The notes under the pieces: generated by a model | What the model was told of the DNA's origin: nothing | Seen by the model: the letters and a program-made list of their open reading frames with translations, nothing else | Database searches by the model: none | Made by a program: the position numbers and the translations under genes | Assembly: GCF_902713615.1 (NCBI RefSeq) | Contig: NC_052149.1 | Span: forward strand, 126,421,256-126,485,255 | Direction: 5' to 3' | From: Scyliorhinus canicula | Taxonomy: Eukaryota | DNA length: 64,000 nt | Part shown: positions 58,005-64,000 of the stretch, piece by piece | How positions within the stretch are numbered: the stretch's first letter is position 1 | Layout of the letters: each line of letters opens with the position of its first letter

Positions 58005-61000
58005 ACGACTGGTGCTGGGGAGTCACAGGTTCTTATACTCCGCCTTACTGGGCGGAACCAGCAGGCAGGCTTCACCAATGATATAGCAGCGTCAGGTACT
58101 TCCCACACCAAGGCCTTACAGCATTGTCCAGGGTACCGTAATACCCCTAATACCGACTACCACATTCACCCCCTGTTAAAAAAAGGAGTCCGGCGGGGTG
58201 GTGGTCTCGTGTTTTACAGTGGTAGAGGTTGAGGTTATGGTGGTACCCAGTATACATTAGCACAGCGATTTGCCTCATTACATGTCGCACCTATTTACAA
58301 TATTTATTTCCAGTCAGAATGAAGCAATTAGTCAATCTGGGGCCCTGGTCGTCCTCTGCGATCGTCATAGCTTCGGCGGTGATGCAGGCGCCGGCTTGGG
58401 CATCCATTGCTCCGGGAGCGTGGCTTCGGCTTCTTCGGCAGCTTCATCACCCCTGGATGGGACCGGTGGGAGAACCGATCCACCTGGGAAGGGGGAGGCT
58501 GTGGGGTACGCCGGTGGGAGGGAGGATGGTGATGGTGGGGTTGGTGTGGGTGGAGATCCAGCGGGCGCCAGGTTCCGTAGGGAGACCATATCCTGTCGGT
58601 CGTCGGGGTACACCACGTAGGCGTATTGAGGGTTAGCGTGAAGGAGGTTGACCCTCTCAACCATTGGGTCTGACTCGTGCGCCCGCACGTGTTTGCGGAG
58701 CAGGATGGGTCCAGGAGCTGCCAGCCAGGTTGGGAACGAGGTCCCAGAGGAGGACTTCCTAGGGAAGACAAGGAGACGTTCGTGAGGTGTTTGGTTGGTC
58801 GTGGTACACAGCAGTGATCGGATGGAGTGGCGAGCATCAGGAAGGACCTCCTGCCAGCGTGAGACTGGGAGATTCCTGGACCGTAGGGCCAGTAGGATGG
58901 TCTTCCAGACTGCCCCGTTCTCCCTCCCTACCTGTCAGTTTCCCCGGGGGTTGTAACTGGTTGTCCTGCTTGAGGCAATGCCCTTGCTGAGCAGGAATTG
59001 ACGCAGTTTGTCGCACATAAAGGAGGACCCCCTATGTTCGTATATATAGGCGGGGAAACCAAACAGTGTAAAGATACTGTGGAGGGCTTTTATGACGGTG
59101 GCTGCGGTCATATCGGGGCAGGGGATGGCGAATGGGAACCGGGAGTACTCGTCAATCACGTTCAGGAAGTACGTGTTGCGGTCGGTGGAGGGGTGGGGCC
59201 CTTTGAAGTCCATAGTGAGGCGTTTAAAGAGACTGGAAGCCTTTATCAGGTGCGCTTTCTCTGGCCTGTAGAAGTGCGGCTTGCACTCCGCGCAGATTTG
59301 CCAGTTCCTGGTGGCGGTCCTGACCTCCTCGAGGGCCCGGAGTCGGTCCACTTGTGCGTTGGCACATGTGCCGCAGGATAGGGCATCAGGAGGCTCGTTT
59401 AGCTTCCCGGGACGCTACAAGATCTCATAGTTGTAGGTGGAGAGCTCGATCCTCCACCGTAAGATCATATCATTCTTTATCTTGCCCCGCTGTGCATTAT
59501 CCAACATGAAAGCTACCGACCATTGGTCAGTGAGGAGAGTGAATGTCCTGCCGGCCATATAATGCCTCCAATACCACACAGCTTCTACTATGGCCTGGGC
59601 CTCCTTTTCAACTGAGGGATGGCGGATTTCTGAAGCATGGAGGGTGCGTGAGAAGAAGGCCTGCGGTCTGCCCGCTTGGTTGAGGGTGGCCGCCAGAGCT
59701 ACGTCGGACGCATCGCATTCGACTTGGAAGGGAAGGGATTCATCGATTGCGTGCATCGTGGCCTTTGCGATGTCCGCTTTGACACTGCCAACAGGGGAAA
59801 AACCGGGGACTGGATTAGTGGGCAGGCTTTGTCCGCATAGTTGGAGACCCACTGGGCATAATATGAAAAAGGAAGCGTTTCAGGGCCTCGGAGCAATGGG
59901 GGAGGAGAAACTCCATGAGGGGGCGCATGCGTTCGGGATCTGGGCCTATAACTCCACCGTGCACTACGTAGCCGAGGATGGCTGGACGGTCTGTGCGGAA
60001 CACACATTTGGCCTTGTTGTAGGTGAGATTAAGGATTTTTACGGTATGGAGGAATTTGCGGAGGTTGGTGTCGTGGTCCTGCTGATCGTGGCCGCAGATG
60101 GTGACGTTATTGAGATACAGAAACGTGGCCCGCAAGCCGTACCGGTCAACCATTCGGTCCATCTCCTGTTGGAAGACCAAGACTCCATTTGTGACACCGA
60201 AGGGAACCCTTAGAAAGTGGTAGAGTTGCCCATCTGCTTCGAATGCAGTGTATTTACGGTCGCTAGGGCAGATGGGGAGCTGGTGGTAGGCGGATTTCAG
60301 ATCCACTGTGGAAAAGACCTTGTATTGTGCAATCTGATTGACCAAATCAGATATGCGGGGGAGAGGGTACGCGTTGAGCTGCGTATACCTGTTGATGGTC
60401 TGACTATAATCGATGACCATCCTGTGTTTCTCCCCTGTCTTTCCAACCACTACTTGAGCTCTCCAGGGGCTGTTGCTGGCCTTGATAATACCTTCCTTCA
60501 GTAACCGCTGGACTTCCGACCTAATGAAGGTCCGGTCCTGGGCACTGTACCATCTGCTCCTGGTGGCAACGGGTTTGCAATCCCGGGTGAGGTTCGCAAA
60601 AAGGGAAGGCGGCTCGACCTTGAGGGTCGCGAGGCTGCAGACAGTGAGGGGGGGTATAGGGCCGCCGAATTTAAAATTTTAACTTTGGAGGTTACATTGG
60701 AAATCTAACCCTTGGAGCGTGGCAGCGCAGAGGTGAGGGAGGACATGGAGGCGGAAATTTAAATTCCCTTCCCTGGACCGTGTGGTTCGCTATGCAGAAC
60801 CCTTTGATCTCTACAGAGTGAGACCCGGTGGCCAGGGAGATTCTTTGATAAACTGGGTGGATGACAAGAGAACAGCGCCTTACCGTGTCGGGGTGTATGA
60901 AGCTCTCTGTGCTCCCGGAGTCGATCAGGCAGGATGTTTTGCGTCCGGTGATGAGCACGGTCGTCGTTGCGGTCGAGAGCGTTCGGAGCCGAGACTGATC

Positions 61001-62250
61001 CAGGGTCACCGAGGCAAGTCGTGGCAAAAACTGGAAGTTTTCTTCGGGCGATGTGTGGTCATCCGAATCAGGGTCCTGAGGCTACAGCCAAGATGGCGGC
61101 GCCCACTGGTCACACATGGCTGGGAGGGTGCAAGATGGCGGCGCCCATCCGTCGCACGTGGTCCCTGGGGAGCAAGATGGCGGCGCCCGGGGCCCACACG
61201 TGGCTCTGGGAAAGGAAGATGGCGGCACCTGCTGGCTGCACGTGGCTCGTGGAGAAGGTTGGAGTGGCGGTCTCGGTTCACCCCGGAGACCGCAGTGACC
61301 ACCCGAGCCTGGCATACCGCCACGAAATGGCCCTTTTTGCCGCACCCTTTGCAGGTGGAGGAACGGGCCGGGCAGAGCCTCCGGATGTGCTTGGCTTTCC
61401 CACAAAAATAACAGTGGGGCCCCCCGAGGTTGCCTGGTAGCTGTGTGGCACAAGCTTGTGGGGGGATGGGGGATGCATCGGGGTCAGCCGCCGGCGGGTT
61501 CCACGCTGCCCAAGGGGCTGCCGCGCGGTCGGGGACGTTCACGCAGGCGTTTCGGACAGCCACATCCAGGGAGCTAGCAAGGGCCCGTGCCTACTTGAGG
61601 CCTAGTGTCTCTTTCTCCAGCAACCACTGATGGATTTGGGAGGACAGCATACCTGCAACGATTGCGTCCCGGGTTAAAAGTTCTGTGTGGTCGCTGGCTG
61701 AAACTTATGGGCAGTCACAGTTCCTACCTAACACCAGGAGCGCATGGTAGAATTCACCCAGCGATTCCCTGGGGATTTGCCGTCTCGTCGCGAGCTGACG
61801 CCGGCCATAGACCTGATTCACTGGGCGGATGTAGTGTCCTTTCAACAGGGCCATCGCAGCCTCGAAATTGTCCGCATCCTCGGTGAGGGTGTAGATCTCT
61901 GGGCTCACCATCGAGTGAAGAACTTGCAGTTTCTGGTCCTCCGTGGGTGTAGTTGTGGGCGTCCTGCGGTACCTGTTGAAGCACGCCAGCCAGTGTTTGA
62001 AGGTTGCCGCTGAGTTTTTGCCGCGTGGGGGTTGAGTTGCAGACACTCCGGCTTGATTCGGAGCTCCATTCTTTAAAATCTAGTCCAATAAATTGATGCT
62101 CCATCAATGACTCCAGAAGCGAGATTGGATGACAATTGAAGGCTTTATTGGACTAGATGTTTCCCCCAGCAGCACAGGTACAGAATGCATCTGCTAGGGT
62201 GACACAGGCTCTTATACTCCGCCTTACTGGGCAGAACCAGCAGGCAGGTT
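58005..62250 (-). mobile_element. Gypsy LTR retrotransposon, near full length, decayed
   Basis: gag MELRIKPECL and Zn-knuckles; protease LIDSGSTESF; RT VIDYSQTINRY..YPLPRI..VPFGVTN; RNase H ECDASDVA; integrase TMDFKGP..VIDEYSRFP; PPT next to the 3' LTR at 58164; both LTRs partial. Confidence 0.9.
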
Positions 62251-62460
62251 CTGTCGTAGTCGGTATTAGGAGTATTACGGTAGGTATTAGGAGTATTACG
62301 GTCCGCAAAAAAAAAAAGGTTAATGGGGGGGGGGGGAGGTTGTTGTTGGGTTACTGGTATAGGGTGGATACGTTGACTTGAGTAGGGTGATCATTGCTCG
62401 GCACAACATCGAGGGCCGAAGGGCCTGTTCTGTGCTGTACTGTTCTATGTTCTATGTTCT

Positions 62461-62926
62461 AACCTCGATGAGGGTGTAGATCTCTGGGCTCACCCTCGAG
62501 TGAAGAACTTGCATCTTCTGGTACTCCGTGGGTGTAGTTGTGGCCGTCCTGCGGTACCCGTTGAAGCACGCCAGCCAGTGTTTGAAGGTTGCTGCTGAGT
62601 TTGCCGCGTGGGGGTTGAGTTGCAGACACTCCGGCTTGATTCGGAGCTCCATTCTTTAAAATCTTGTCCAATAAATTGATGCTCCATCAATGACTCCAGA
62701 AGCGAGATTGGATGACAATTGAAGGCTTTATTGGACTAGATGTTCCCCCCAGCAGGACAGGTACAGAATGCAGCTGCTAGGGTAACACGGGCTCTTATAC
62801 TCCGCCTTACTGGGCAGAACCAGCAGGCAGATTTCACCAATGATATAGCTGCCTCAGGTACCTCCCACACCAATCGTCTTACAGCATTATCCAGGGTACC
62901 GTAATACTCCTAATACCGACTGCCAC
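62461..62926 (-). mobile_element. Second copy of a complete LTR (62679-62926) plus gag start
   Basis: Similar to 61880-62250; preceded by an HE1 tail at ~62315-62460. Confidence 0.85.
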
Positions 62927-64000
62927 AGAACCTGCCTGCTGGTTCCGCCCAGCAGGTGGAGCATAAGAGTCTGTGTTTCACCCACAGCAGTCATTCTGTA
63001 CCGGAGCTGCTAGGGTAACTACTTGTTCATTAAAGCCTTCAATTGGACTACAATCTCGCTTCAGTAGTGATTGATCGTGCATCAATTTAATGAACAAAAC
63101 TGAAGAATGGCTGCTCTCCGCATCAAGCCAGAGTGTCTACAAATCAACCCCCCCGCAGCAAATGCAGCAGCAACTTTTAAACATTGGCTGGCATGTTTCA
63201 ACGGGTATATCAGGAAGGCCCCGACTATCCCCACAGAGGAACAGAAACGCAACTCCTCCACTCAAGGGTGAGCCCAGAAATCTACACACTTATCGAAGAT
63301 GCTGACGGTTTTGAGGATGCAATTACTTTGTTAAAAGAGCACCACGTCCGCACTGTCCGCACTGTGAATCAGGTATACGCTCGGCATCTTTTAGCTACCA
63401 GACGGCAGATCCCAGGGGAATCACTGGACGATTTTAACCGCGCATTGTTAGTGTTAGGTAGAAACTGTAACTGTCCACAAATCTCAGCCAATGACCACAC
63501 CAAACTCTTAATACGGGATGTGTTTGTTGCGGGCATGCTGTCCTCTAAAATACCCCAGCGACTACTGGAAAATGACATGCGAGGGCTTAAAGAGGCACGG
63601 AAACTTGCCCACTCCCTAGATGTTGCCTCCCGCAACGCCCAGGCCTACGTTCCCAACCGTGCGGTACCCGCATGGACAGGGGGACCCCACCCGCGGCCGA
63701 TTCGAAAGCACCCCTAAATTCCCCACAAGCTTGTGCAGTGCGGCAGCCAGGAAACCCAGGGGGGGGGGGGGGGGGGGGGGCGATGCTATTTTTGCGGAAA
63801 AAACAAACACCCCCGGCAACGCTGCCCGGCCCAATCCACAATCTGCAAGGGCTGCGGGAAGAAGGGGCACCTCGTGGCAATATGCCAGGCCCGGTCGGCC
63901 ATCGGTGTCTCCACAGGCGAACCAGGCCCGCTGCCATTCCTCTCCTCACAGGCCATGTACGATTCATGGGGGCAGCTACCTTGGATGATGTTTCAGGACC
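62927..64000 (+). mobile_element. Related Gypsy element (partial LTR plus gag), running off the window
   Basis: LHSRVSPEIYTLIEDADGFEDAITLLKEH...RRQIPGESLDDF gag; diverged from the minus-strand copy. Confidence 0.85.

Larger units (their letters stand above)
53355..58010. mobile_element. Decayed Harbinger complex with nested HE1 SINEs and a solo LTR
   Basis: 53355-53617 paralogous to 12171-12433; ~54430-58010 similar to ~12900-14520 in reverse orientation. Confidence 0.65.

Noticed and set aside
59815-60450. Gypsy RT with YLNN in place of YxDD
   Set aside because: The element has multiple frameshifts, so this is best explained as decay of one copy

Overview
Vertebrate genomic DNA from a cartilaginous fish. 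The repeats and Ig genes are shark-type; a catshark-like genome is an inference. The window holds two tandem, same-strand (+) immunoglobulin light-chain clusters of the kappa (type III, nurse-shark NS4-like) class, each L-V-[12RSS]...[23RSS]-J...C. Cluster 1 spans about 2.76-11.5 kb and cluster 2 about 43.6-52.7 kb, roughly 41 kb apart. Both are unrearranged and appear intact: open frames, GT/AG splice sites, consensus nonamers. The rest is a dense mosaic of decayed transposable elements: HE1-type V-SINEs, two other tRNA-headed SINEs, CR1, L2, L1, Rex1 and Penelope retroelements, Gypsy LTR elements and solo LTRs, Harbinger elements and MITEs, a Tc1/pogo MITE, and several minisatellites. Most notable observations: (1) a SINE family carries a built-in RSS-like motif (CACAGT[A/G]-22 bp-ACAATAAGC); one copy with a perfect heptamer sits between V1 and J1, and a fold-back copy in the J2-C2 intron forms a D-segment-like cassette; (2) a PU.1/IRF (EICE) plus E-box block is conserved upstream of both clusters; (3) the two V genes differ almost totally in CDR1/CDR3 against near-identical flanks; (4) several LTRs carry CTCF-like motifs, including one in each J-C intron; (5) an NF-Y/PBX motif module follows each poly(A) region; (6) a tRNA-headed LINE occurs together with its internally deleted SINE. 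Regulatory and cryptic-RSS calls are motif-level inferences with no functional evidence. TE family names come from recognised motifs, not database searches, and most TE boundaries are approximate.
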